NCBI GenBank assembly: GCA_041497135.1
Contig: JBGQFX010000011.1
Coordinates: forward strand, 5,908 to 69,907
Direction: 5' to 3'
DNA from: Gemmatimonadota bacterium
Lineage (GTDB): Bacteria > Gemmatimonadota > Gemmatimonadetes > Gemmatimonadales > GWC2-71-9
DNA length: 64,000 bases
The position numbers and the translations under genes are program-made. Each line of letters begins with the position of its first letter. Position 1 is the stretch's first letter. The notes under the pieces were generated by a model. That model was not told where the DNA came from. It did not search any database and saw nothing but the letters and a program-made list of their open reading frames with translations. Below are positions 9,770 through 17,275 of the stretch, in pieces.

Positions 9770-11689
9770 ATGCGCAGCATACCTCTCTTCTTGACGCTCG
9801 TGGTGGTGGCAGCGGGATGCCGAGACGTCACTGAGCCATCTCGATCGAACCCGCCCCGGGTTCACGCCAACCTCACGCTCTCATCGGACGTTCATGTAGT
9901 GGTTCACGACCTAGGCACGCTCGGCGGGGACTTCAGCGCAGCGACGGCGGTCAACGATCTTGGGCAAGTCGTTGGAACCAGCACGACGGTAACCGGCGAG
10001 GAACACGTGTTCATTTGGACCAGTGAGACCGGGATGTCCGATCTTGGGATCCTTGGCACACCGAGGTTCGCCCAAGTCAACGCCATCAATAACGCTGGGG
10101 ATCTGGTCGGCTGGATGTGGATGACCGTCGACCCAGGATCAGCGTCCCACGGCTTTCGCTGGAATCCCACTACCGGGCTCTTGGACCTTGGAGCATTGGA
10201 TCCTCAGAATGTCGACGGCAGTTCGGCTGAAGACGTCAACGCACAGGGTACGATTGCAGGGTGGTCGAGCGGACTGCCAGTGATTTGGTCCCCCACTGGC
10301 GTGCCCACTGTCCTCGGCGAGCTGCAGGCTGGTATGGGGGGTGGTGCCGAGGCGATCAACGGAGTCGGCCACGTCGCGGGTACGGCAACAATTATCTCCG
10401 CTGTCGGTCTGGCGGAAGACCGGGCTTTCTTGTGGACTACCGGCGGTGGCATGCAGAACCTCGGAACCTTAGACAATGGCCAGTTCTCATACAGTGACGC
10501 GAAGGACCTCAACGACCTGGATCAAGTCGTCGGGGAAAGCGACTCCCGCGGCTTCATTTGGTCACCGCAGACGGGAATGACGGACTTTCAAACCCTCACC
10601 GGTACCGATCTCGTCCCTCTCGCCATCAACAACGACGGCTTGGTCGTGGGTAATGACTTCCGCGGCCGAACGTCCGACGGAATCCATGTCAGGCGGGCCT
10701 TCCTGTGGACGCAGGAGAGCGGGCTGATTGGCATTGATCCGATCGGCTTCGGCCTCGTGGGTGGAGAAGGGGCACCATTCGCAGAGGCGGCGGACATCAA
10801 TGACATGGGGATGATTGTCGGACTGAGCACGACAGAGACCGGGAGCTTCCATGCAACGGTTTGGACGCTAGAAGCCTCCACCGACAACCGCGCGCCGGTG
10901 GCGGTTTCAGGGGGGCCGTTCCAGGGCTTCGAAGGTTCACCCGTCAGCTTTGACGCCAGTGGGTCTACGGATCCCGACGGAGATGCGCTGAGCTACGCCT
11001 GGGACTTCGGCGATGGCTCAAGCGCCACGGAGGTCTCACCAACCCATGGCTACGCGGACAACGGTGTGTTTCAAGTGACGCTGACGGTCACAGATGGAAC
11101 AGGTCTTTCCAGCGCTGTTGTGACTTCAGCGACGATCGCGAATGTGGCCCCATCGGTCGATCCGTTCGCCGGCGCCACCATTCTCCAGGGCGAGTCATAC
11201 ACTGGTGCGGGCGCGTTCACGGACCCGGGTGCCGACATCTGGACCGCCTTGGTCGACTTCGGCGACGGTTCAGGGTTGCAGCCGCTCACGCTCGTGGGGA
11301 ATGCCTTCACGCTGAGCCATGGGTATGGAACGCCGGGCACCTACCTAGTCAGGGTGACGATCAGCGATGATGACGGCGGTTCGGGTATCGGGCAGGTGTC
11401 GGTGGTAGTGCAGAGTCCACAGGAAGCGACCGGCGTGCTGTTGACGTCATTGGGCGACTTGGTCGCCGTCGGAGTGCTTTCTTCAGGCAACGCCAACGCG
11501 CTTGGTGCGAAACTGCGCGCCGCTCTCATCCAGCTCGCTGCCGCCAACCCGGCGGCGGCTGCCAATCAACTCAGGGCGTTCATCAATCAAGTGAACGCGC
11601 TCGTATCTGCCGGGAGGCTTCCGCTCGAGCAAGGCCGGGCGCTGGTCAACACCGTGCTGCGCGTCACTCGGGCGATCCAGCTGTTCTGA
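9770..11689 (+). CDS. Lipoprotein: HAF repeats + two PKD domains + C-terminal helical tail
   Basis: GAGGAGG lies 6 nt upstream of the ATG. Lipobox VVAAGC. HAF units: DLGTLGGDFSAATAVNDLGQVVG..HVFIW. PKD motifs: YAWDFGDGSSATEVSPTHGYADNGVFQVTLTVTDGTG and LVDFGDGS..HGYGTPGTYLVRVTISDDDGG. The tail (..SSGNANALGAKLRAALIQL..AANQLRAFINQVNALVSAGRL) resembles the tail of the 6031 gene. Confidence 0.85.
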   Translation: MRSIPLFLTLVVVAAGCRDVTEPSRSNPPRVHANLTLSSDVHVVVHDLGTLGGDFSAATAVNDLGQVVGTSTTVTGEEHVFIWTSETGMSDLGILGTPRFAQVNAINNAGDLVGWMWMTVDPGSASHGFRWNPTTGLLDLGALDPQNVDGSSAEDVNAQGTIAGWSSGLPVIWSPTGVPTVLGELQAGMGGGAEAINGVGHVAGTATIISAVGLAEDRAFLWTTGGGMQNLGTLDNGQFSYSDAKDLNDLDQVVGESDSRGFIWSPQTGMTDFQTLTGTDLVPLAINNDGLVVGNDFRGRTSDGIHVRRAFLWTQESGLIGIDPIGFGLVGGEGAPFAEAADINDMGMIVGLSTTETGSFHATVWTLEASTDNRAPVAVSGGPFQGFEGSPVSFDASGSTDPDGDALSYAWDFGDGSSATEVSPTHGYADNGVFQVTLTVTDGTGLSSAVVTSATIANVAPSVDPFAGATILQGESYTGAGAFTDPGADIWTALVDFGDGSGLQPLTLVGNAFTLSHGYGTPGTYLVRVTISDDDGGSGIGQVSVVVQSPQEATGVLLTSLGDLVAVGVLSSGNANALGAKLRAALIQLAAANPAAAANQLRAFINQVNALVSAGRLPLEQGRALVNTVLRVTRAIQLF

Positions 11690-11705
11690 AGTTCCCGGAT
11701 GATCC

Positions 11706-11742
11706 CCGGCCGCCGGTCTTCCACCCGGCGGCCGGCTTGTGA
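11706..11742 (+). terminator. Hairpin terminator after the HAF-PKD gene
   Basis: Perfect 11-bp stem CCGGCCGCCGG / CCGGCGGCCGG (11706-11716 and 11725-11735) with an 8-nt loop TCTTCCAC. The tail CTTGTGA is only weakly T-rich. Confidence 0.6.
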
Positions 11743-11753
11743 GATGGCTCTAC

Positions 11754-11782
11754 TTGACCAGTTTGACCAGATTGGCTAGGGT
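11754..11782 (+). promoter_or_regulatory. Putative sigma70-like promoter of the toxin-antitoxin pair (likely a leaderless mRNA)
   Basis: TTGACC (11754-11759), a 17-nt spacer, then TAGGGT (11777-11782). The antitoxin ATG at 11788 is only 5 nt downstream and has no SD. The direct repeat TTGACCAG-T-TTGACCAG overlaps the -35 region. Confidence 0.45.
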
Positions 11783-11787
11783 AGGGC

Positions 11788-12060
11788 ATGCTCCGCACCT
11801 ACTCCCTCTACGCCGCCAAGGCCAAACTCTCCGAGATCGTCCGCCGCGTGCGCGAGGGCGACATCGTCACCATCTCCTATCGCGGCGAGCCCGTGGTCGA
11901 GATCCGGCCGATTGCCAAGGGCAAGCAGACGCTCGACGAGCGGATCCGGGAGCTCGAGGAGCGTGGGGTCATCGTCCGCGCGGCCACACGGCGTGGGAAG
12001 CTCAAGCCGATTGCTCGGCGACCCGGTGCGCTCAAGCGGTTCCTGGCGGAGCGCGACTGA
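11788..12060 (+). CDS. Type II antitoxin, Phd/YefM family
   Basis: 90 aa. The N-terminus YSLYAAKAKLSEIVRRVREGDIVTISYRGEPVVEIRPI matches the Phd/YefM pattern (eAKakLseL..v..Ge.v.It.rG.Pva.l.P). It sits immediately upstream of a PIN toxin gene. Confidence 0.85.
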   Translation: MLRTYSLYAAKAKLSEIVRRVREGDIVTISYRGEPVVEIRPIAKGKQTLDERIRELEERGVIVRAATRRGKLKPIARRPGALKRFLAERD

Positions 12061-12063
12061 GGG

Positions 12064-12444
12064 TTGGGACGCGCGTTCGTCGATACGTCCTGCCTTGTCG
12101 CGATTGCCCTGGGAGAGCGTGGGGCCGCCGCGGTTGCCGCACGACTGAAACGCTTTGACGAACTCTTCGCCTCTAACCTCCTCGAGGCGGAGCTGCGCGC
12201 GACACTGACACGCGAGCGTGTCGCGATCGATCCCGACGTCCTCACGTGGCTGGACTGGATTTTTCCCGACCGGCCTCTGACCCAGGAGATCTCCCGGGTA
12301 CTAGCCGCCGGTTATCTGCGGGGAGCCGATGCCTGGCACGTGGCGTGTGCGCTGCACATGAGCGAAAACCCGGAAGCGGTCACGTTCCTCACTCTCGACC
12401 GTCCCCAGCGGGCGGTCGCCCGCCGGCTTGGCTTCCGGACTTGA
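12064..12444 (+). CDS. vapC: Type II toxin VapC (PIN-domain ribonuclease)
   Basis: 126 aa. The TTG start is 3 nt after the antitoxin stop. The N-terminal FVDTSCLVAIALGE carries the first PIN acidic residue, and a later ..GADAWHVACAL.. segment fits PIN. The size and the pairing are typical of VapBC. Confidence 0.8.
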   Translation: MGRAFVDTSCLVAIALGERGAAAVAARLKRFDELFASNLLEAELRATLTRERVAIDPDVLTWLDWIFPDRPLTQEISRVLAAGYLRGADAWHVACALHMSENPEAVTFLTLDRPQRAVARRLGFRT

Positions 12445-12554
12445 GGCGGCAAGGATCCGGTCTTCCTCGCAACAATTCGATGACGCGTTCCGGACTCGCC
12501 TGGCTTATCCTCGGCCGTGCTCCCTTGCTTCCCTCGGCCGAGGAGGCTCAACTT

Positions 12555-13124
12555 ATGCGCATGCCCGCGCTGCAATCCTCCATCACGACCATCGAGGAGC
12601 TCCTCGCGCTCCCCGAAGACGCCTTGCGACACGAGCTATTGGACGGGGTGCACGTCGTGACCCCGGCTCCACGACTCTTGCACCAGCGCGCTGTGAGCAG
12701 GGTGTACGACCACGTTCGGGCGGCTCTCGAGGGCAGCCAAGCCGTCGAGCTGTTCACCTCACCTGCGGACGTCGTCCTCGGGCCCCGCACGCTCGTCCAG
12801 CCGGACCTCTTCGTGGTGCGCCGCACGCCGGGCCAGCGCCTCGAGCGCTGGGCCGACGTCGGTATCCCCCTGCTCGCCGTCGAGATTCTGTCCGAGACCA
12901 CGGCGGCCAGGGATCGCGGCGCCAAACGGCGCATCTATCAACGCGCCGGGGTAGGGGAGTACTGGATCGTGGATCTCGACGCCCGTCTCATCGAGCGCTG
13001 GCGCCCCGACGACGTGCGACCGGAAATCCTCGATGGGATCATGGAATGGATGCTGCCGGGAGGCGCGAGCGGGCAGCTCGACGTGAGCCGGCTGTGTCGC
13101 GACGTGTTCGAAGACTCAATTTGA
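12555..13124 (+). CDS. Uma2-family (DUF820) endonuclease
   Basis: The ATG at 12555 has AGGAGG 8 nt upstream. Uma2 motifs: TIEELLALPE..RHELLDGVHVVTPAP, VQPDLFVV, PLLAVEILSETTAARDRGAKRRIYQRAGVGEYWIVD. The track ORF (12246..) carries an Arg/Pro-rich N-terminal extension that overlaps vapC, so I trimmed it. Confidence 0.8.
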   Translation: MRMPALQSSITTIEELLALPEDALRHELLDGVHVVTPAPRLLHQRAVSRVYDHVRAALEGSQAVELFTSPADVVLGPRTLVQPDLFVVRRTPGQRLERWADVGIPLLAVEILSETTAARDRGAKRRIYQRAGVGEYWIVDLDARLIERWRPDDVRPEILDGIMEWMLPGGASGQLDVSRLCRDVFEDSI

Positions 13125-13131
13125 CCGTCGC

Positions 13132-13177
13132 GTCACTCTCAGTGACAGTTCAGCCGAGTCGCGACTCTCAGTCGCGA
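13132..13177. terminator. Two adjacent hairpins between convergent genes (possible bidirectional terminator)
   Basis: GTCACT-CTC-AGTGAC (13132-13146) and TCGCGACT-CTC-AGTCGCGA (13159-13177). Both have the loop CTC. They lie between the Uma2 stop (13124) and the small-lipoprotein stop (13192). There is no clear U-tract. Confidence 0.4.
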
Positions 13178-13191
13178 AGGCCGGCCGACGG

Positions 13192-13446
13192 CTACTGCCC
13201 GATCGTATCCCCCGCCTGGTTCCGCGCGCTCATCGAATCCGCTGCGTTCATCGCGCGCCCCACCCCAGACGCACCGGGGATCGACGACTTCGAGAGAATG
13301 CTGTCCCGCTGCCGCTCGCTCAGCGTATCCCGCGCGGCTCGTCCGTTGCTGTTTCCTCCACCTCCACCACACGCCACGGCGAGCAGAACGCCCGCCAAGA
13401 TCGGAACAACCGATGACCGATGACCGATGACCAATGACGTTCTCAT
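13192..13446 (-). CDS. Small (84 aa) putative lipoprotein, unknown function
   Basis: Signal with lipobox: MRTSLVIGHRSSVVPILAGVLLAVAC followed by GGGGG. It is short and has no recognisable family. The start codon is embedded in a heptamer repeat. Confidence 0.5.
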   Translation of the reverse strand: MRTSLVIGHRSSVVPILAGVLLAVACGGGGGNSNGRAARDTLSERQRDSILSKSSIPGASGVGRAMNAADSMSARNQAGDTIGQ

Positions 13447-13470
13447 GACCGATGACCGATAGCCGATGAC
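13411..13470. repeat. Heptanucleotide tandem repeat (CGATGAC)n, 8 copies in two blocks
   Basis: Read directly: cgatgac cgatgac cgatgac caatgac | gttctc atgac | cgatgac cgatagc cgatgac. The minus-strand start codon (13444-13446) of the small lipoprotein lies between the two blocks. Confidence 0.9.
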
Positions 13471-13474
13471 ATTT

Positions 13475-14785
13475 TCACGCCGGAATCCCCTTCCGCATCG
13501 TCTCCTCCACTACCTCCGCGAACCGATCCACCTCCGCCGCCAGCGTGTACACGTTCGGCGTGATGCGCAGACAGTTGAACTCGGGGTGGGCGATCGCGGT
13601 CACGATGATCTTGTGCTTGTCCCACAGGTACCCGGCCAGCTTCCCGACGTCGAGTGCCCCCGGCGTGAACGACGCCAGCCCGCACGACTGCTTCGCGTCG
13701 TCGGGCGTCAGCAGTTTCACTCCCGGCACCTCGCCCAATCGATTTTCCCAGCGCCCGCGCAGGTAGCGCAGCCGCGCCGCCTTGCGCTCCGCGCCGATGC
13801 CCTGCTGGAACGTGAGCGCCTCGGCGATGGCGTTGTGATTGGCGGCCGGATGCGTGCCGATCTCCTCGAACTTGCGGATGTTGCCGTCCATCGCGGGCGG
13901 CGCCGCCATGAGCGGCCAGATGCTGGGGATCTTCTCCTTGCGCACGTACAGGAAGCCGGTGCCGTGCGGTGCCAGCAGCCACTTGTGCAGGCTGGTGCCG
14001 TAGTAGTCGCAATCGAGCTCGTCGCGCGTGAACGGGAAGTGCGCGTAGGCATGCGCCCCGTCCACGATCACTTCGAGGCCGCGCGCGCGCCCCATCTGAC
14101 AGATGCGACGGATCGGGAAGATCTGCCCTGTGAGATTCGTGATATGACAGACGTGCAGTACCTTGGTGCGCGGCGTGATCGCCTCCTCGAACCGGCGCGC
14201 CAGGTCGTCCAACGACGGCGGCGGGACGGGGAAGGGGAACTGCTTCAGCACGATGCCCTCGCGCCGCGCCCGCTGCTCCCAGGTCGTGATCATGCGCGGA
14301 TAGTCCTGCGTCGTCGTGAGCACTTCGTCGCCGCGCTGCAGCGGGATACCCTGCTGCACGATCTCGAGCGCCTCGGAGGCGCCGCGGGTGATCGCCATCT
14401 CCTCGGGATCGCAGCCGAAGTCGGCCGCCAGCTGCCGCCGCACGCTCTCGATCTCCGGCTCGAGCCATTGCCACATCGTCACGACCGGCGCCGTGTTGGA
14501 GATCGCGAGGTAGCGCTGCATCGCTTCCTGCACGATCCGGGGCGAAGGGGAGACCCCACCGTTGTTCAGGTTGATGATCGCCCGATCCAGTGTGAACGCG
14601 TTCTGGATCTCGCGCCAAAAGTCTTCATCGTCGGCGAGTTCGGCCGCGGATCGTCCGGCCGTGGCGCCGACCGTGCGCAGGACGTGGCCGATGGCGTCAT
14701 TGGTCAGCGCCGGGACCACCGGTACGGCCGCGGCGGTGGACACGAGTGAGCCGAGAAAACGGCGGCGGGAGGTCATGGGGTCCAT
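13475..14785 (-). CDS. Class-V aminotransferase-fold PLP enzyme with a Tat signal (isopenicillin-N-epimerase / cysteine-desulfurase-like)
   Basis: Twin-arginine signal MTSRRRFLGSLVSTAAAVPV. The class-V fold is indicated by ..ITRGASEALEIV.., IVDGAHAYAH and the PLP-Lys context GTSLHKWLLAPHGTGFLYV. Confidence 0.8.
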   Translation of the reverse strand: MDPMTSRRRFLGSLVSTAAAVPVVPALTNDAIGHVLRTVGATAGRSAAELADDEDFWREIQNAFTLDRAIINLNNGGVSPSPRIVQEAMQRYLAISNTAPVVTMWQWLEPEIESVRRQLAADFGCDPEEMAITRGASEALEIVQQGIPLQRGDEVLTTTQDYPRMITTWEQRARREGIVLKQFPFPVPPPSLDDLARRFEEAITPRTKVLHVCHITNLTGQIFPIRRICQMGRARGLEVIVDGAHAYAHFPFTRDELDCDYYGTSLHKWLLAPHGTGFLYVRKEKIPSIWPLMAAPPAMDGNIRKFEEIGTHPAANHNAIAEALTFQQGIGAERKAARLRYLRGRWENRLGEVPGVKLLTPDDAKQSCGLASFTPGALDVGKLAGYLWDKHKIIVTAIAHPEFNCLRITPNVYTLAAEVDRFAEVVEETMRKGIPA

Positions 14786-14796
14786 CTTATCGCAAA

Positions 14797-14828
14797 CGCC
14801 CCCGCCAGGCCAGAGCCCGACGGGGGCG
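14797..14828 (-). terminator. Stem-loop (terminator-like, or a regulator of the downstream start)
   Basis: 8-bp GC stem CGCCCCCG / CGGGGGCG with a 16-nt loop. On the minus strand it is followed by TTTGCGATAAG and then the ATG at 14785, so the hairpin ends only 11 nt before the aminotransferase start. Confidence 0.4.
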
Positions 14829-14855
14829 GTCCAAGTGAGTCGGCGGGGGTCCGGC

Positions 14856-15971
14856 TCAGCCCGTCAATAGGTTGCCGATCGGGTTGAACAGCGCGTCGAT
14901 GAACTCGATCGTTTCTTCCACGGCGGCTCGCAGGTGATCCAACGCCTCGATCACATCGTGTTGCGCGCCGGCGTCGGTGATGACGTTGCCATCCTTGTCG
15001 TAGAAGTTCACACCGCTCGCGTTGCCCTCGACCGATGCGTAGAGCTGGCCGTTGACCCGGATCTCGGCGGTCACGGTGTCCAGGACCGCGTTCGTGGTCG
15101 TCACGGAGCCCTTCAGCTGCACCGTCTCTCCCGGCCTGGTGAACGAGAAGGTCACCGACACCGTCTCCGTTCCCTGTAGGCTGGTGGCCGTCGCATTCAG
15201 GAAGATCGTGACCACGGGGTTGTTGAGCGTGAACGTGGCCTGCGCCGTGACGGTGATGAGGGTCACCTGTGCGTTGACGTCGAACGTCAACGTCTTGTTC
15301 GCACCACCGCTCGCGCCGTTCGTGACGAACCCCGAAACCGTGGCCGTGAGCGACAAGACGCCGGGAGTCAGCGTCGCCGTGTAGTCGAGGTAGGTGGTGA
15401 GGTCGTCCTTCACCCGGATGTGCAGCTTCGCGGTGTTGCCGCTGCTCTCGTCCAGGAACTCGGCTACACCGACCGGGATCAACGGATAGACGATGTCGCC
15501 CGTGACCGGATTGACTGCGTACAACACGAACTCGATTCCGTTCGTCGGACCGCCGGTCGTCTGAGAGCGGACGTACATCATCGACGTCGAGTCCCACGTG
15601 AAGATCGAGCCGTACAGGCTGTCCGCGATGATCGGGCCCTGCGGACTCGAGGGAACGGCGGCAAGCCCGCGCAGGCCCGCCAGGTGGTGCGCAACGGCCA
15701 CTTCGGGCGGGGTGCCCGCCGGCAGCCAGCGCGGCCGCGTGGCACTGGCGATGCTCCCGGCTCGCGCCAGCGCGGCGCTCGGCGTGATGAACCGCCCCAG
15801 CGAGCCGTAGCTCACCACAGCCTGAGCCACGAACGCGCTGTCCAGCGAGCTGAGCGCGGCCGACGTGGCGACCGGATTGGTGAGCGTGCCGGGTCCGGCG
15901 CTGTTGTCGCTACAGGCCGCCAGTACGGCCGCCAGCACGACGCCGGACCACAGCGAGCGACATTCTCTCAT
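14856..15971 (-). CDS. Lipoprotein of unknown function (paralog 1)
   Basis: GGGAGGG lies 5 nt upstream of the ATG. Lipobox VLAAVLAAC. The body is Thr/Val-rich and beta-like, with a helical C-terminus. It is clearly paralogous to the next gene (e.g. FVLYAVNPVTGDIVYPLIPVG vs FILYAVNPITHRPAEPLVEVG, and GANKTLTFDVNAQVT vs DAAKTLTFDLSATLT). Confidence 0.7.
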   Translation of the reverse strand: MRECRSLWSGVVLAAVLAACSDNSAGPGTLTNPVATSAALSSLDSAFVAQAVVSYGSLGRFITPSAALARAGSIASATRPRWLPAGTPPEVAVAHHLAGLRGLAAVPSSPQGPIIADSLYGSIFTWDSTSMMYVRSQTTGGPTNGIEFVLYAVNPVTGDIVYPLIPVGVAEFLDESSGNTAKLHIRVKDDLTTYLDYTATLTPGVLSLTATVSGFVTNGASGGANKTLTFDVNAQVTLITVTAQATFTLNNPVVTIFLNATATSLQGTETVSVTFSFTRPGETVQLKGSVTTTNAVLDTVTAEIRVNGQLYASVEGNASGVNFYDKDGNVITDAGAQHDVIEALDHLRAAVEETIEFIDALFNPIGNLLTG

Positions 15972-15995
15972 GCGAGCCCTCCCGGGCGCCGGGGA

Positions 15996-17138
15996 TCAGA
16001 CATGGAAGCAGCGACGGACCGGATGCAGCAGGTCCTGGAAGAAGTTGAATATACGCGCCGGCAGCCGGAACAGCTCGCGCAGCGCGTGCAGCTCATCCTC
16101 GCTCAGGGGTTGGCCGTCCGCACCGAGGATCTTGATGTCCGGTGCGGTGCCCTTGATGGTCGCGAACAGCTGATCGTTCACCCGGACCTCGAAATCCACC
16201 GTCACGACGCCGTCATCGTCATCATGGCCGGCGCTCGCGTTATCCTGGGGCTGCTCCTGGTCTGCGACCGTCGCCGCGCCGGTGAGCTGCACCTTCTGGC
16301 TGGGATCGACCAGGGTGAGGTCGATCGTCAGCGTGACGGTGCCCAGGCCCTTCGTGGCCGTCGTGGTCTCGTTGATCGTCGTCGCGGGGTTGTCGAGCGA
16401 CAACGACGCGTTGAACGTGAAGCTCGCTTCGGTGAGGGTCGCCGAAAGATCGAACGTCAGCGTTTTGGCGGCGTCACCGCTCTCGCCGTTCGAGATGAAT
16501 CCATTGGCGGACGCGACAAACTGGCCCGGCGAGACCGTGCCGGCGACGGTGTAGTCGACGTAGACGGGTGTGCCGTCCACCCCGGCGACCACGATCCGCA
16601 GCGACCGCGTGTTGTCCACGCTGAGATCGTGCAGGTCGACGTAGCCGACCTCGACCAGCGGCTCGGCCGGCCGGTGCGTGATCGGGTTCACGGCATAGAG
16701 AATGAATCGCACGCCGTCCGCGGGCGCCCCGAGACGATCGGTGATGGCGTAGTGATGCGTCGCCACGTCCCACTCGAACGTCTTCCCCTTCAGCTCGTTG
16801 GGGATGAGAGCGAGCGTGTTGCTGGCGGAGAGATTCAATCCCGTGAACGCGCGGTACCGCTGCGCCGAGCCCGCATAGCTGGACGCCAGCGGCCGGGGCG
16901 CCTCCGGCTGCGTCGCTCGCAGCAGGGCCCCGGCCGGAGCGAGTCCGGTGGACGGATCCATGAGATCGCCCACGGCCGTGAACGCCGCGATCGTGGGCAC
17001 GGCGAACACGCTGCTCACCGCCTGAAGCTTGGCGGTGGTTGCGGCGGGGTCCATGAGTTTCGCCGGGCCGCTGGGTTCGCTGCAGGCGACCACGGAAGTC
17101 AGGGCCAGGCCCAGAAGGGGCAAATAGGAACGAGACAC
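15996..17138 (-). CDS. Lipoprotein of unknown function (paralog 2)
   Basis: Same family as 14856..15971. I chose the GTG at 17138 (GGAGG 7 nt upstream), which gives VSRSYLPLLGLALTSVVAC (lipobox). The track ORF extends to 17327 with a Pro/Arg-rich, non-signal-like extension. Confidence 0.65.
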   Translation of the reverse strand: MSRSYLPLLGLALTSVVACSEPSGPAKLMDPAATTAKLQAVSSVFAVPTIAAFTAVGDLMDPSTGLAPAGALLRATQPEAPRPLASSYAGSAQRYRAFTGLNLSASNTLALIPNELKGKTFEWDVATHHYAITDRLGAPADGVRFILYAVNPITHRPAEPLVEVGYVDLHDLSVDNTRSLRIVVAGVDGTPVYVDYTVAGTVSPGQFVASANGFISNGESGDAAKTLTFDLSATLTEASFTFNASLSLDNPATTINETTTATKGLGTVTLTIDLTLVDPSQKVQLTGAATVADQEQPQDNASAGHDDDDGVVTVDFEVRVNDQLFATIKGTAPDIKILGADGQPLSEDELHALRELFRLPARIFNFFQDLLHPVRRCFHV

Positions 17139-17275
17139 GGGAACGCCTCCGGGCGGTGGCCTGGTGGGAGAAGGGGGTACTGGAACCGCTAGTATCGAAG
17201 CCTTCGGGGGAGGGGGCGGTGACGCAGAGCACCCGGGGTCGGTGGTCGCATCGGCGCCACGAAAGCGTGCAGGCG

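Noticed and set aside
12246-12554. N-terminal extensions of several track ORFs (12246.., ..18986, ..21247, ..24295, 36615.., 58291.., ..17327, ..31459, ..32986)
   Set aside because: The extensions overlap the neighbouring gene and are Arg/Pro-rich. They also precede an internal start that gives a proper N-terminus (signal peptide or conserved family start), often with an SD or an ATGA/GTGA coupling overlap.
13411-13470. Possible CRISPR or other interspaced repeat
   Set aside because: The units are 7 nt long and contiguous with no spacers, and there are no cas genes anywhere in the window. It is a microsatellite, not a CRISPR array.
13466-14749. 427-aa plus-strand ORF, plus the 391-aa minus-strand ORF at 13443..14618
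   Set aside because: They compete with the class-V aminotransferase frame, which has a Tat signal and the PLP-Lys motif. The alternatives lack motifs and are Arg-rich.
15420-17192. 590-aa plus-strand ORF opposite the paralogous lipoprotein genes
   Set aside because: It is antisense to two mutually homologous lipobox ORFs; paralogy supports the minus frames. The plus-strand translation is Arg/Gly/Asp low-complexity.
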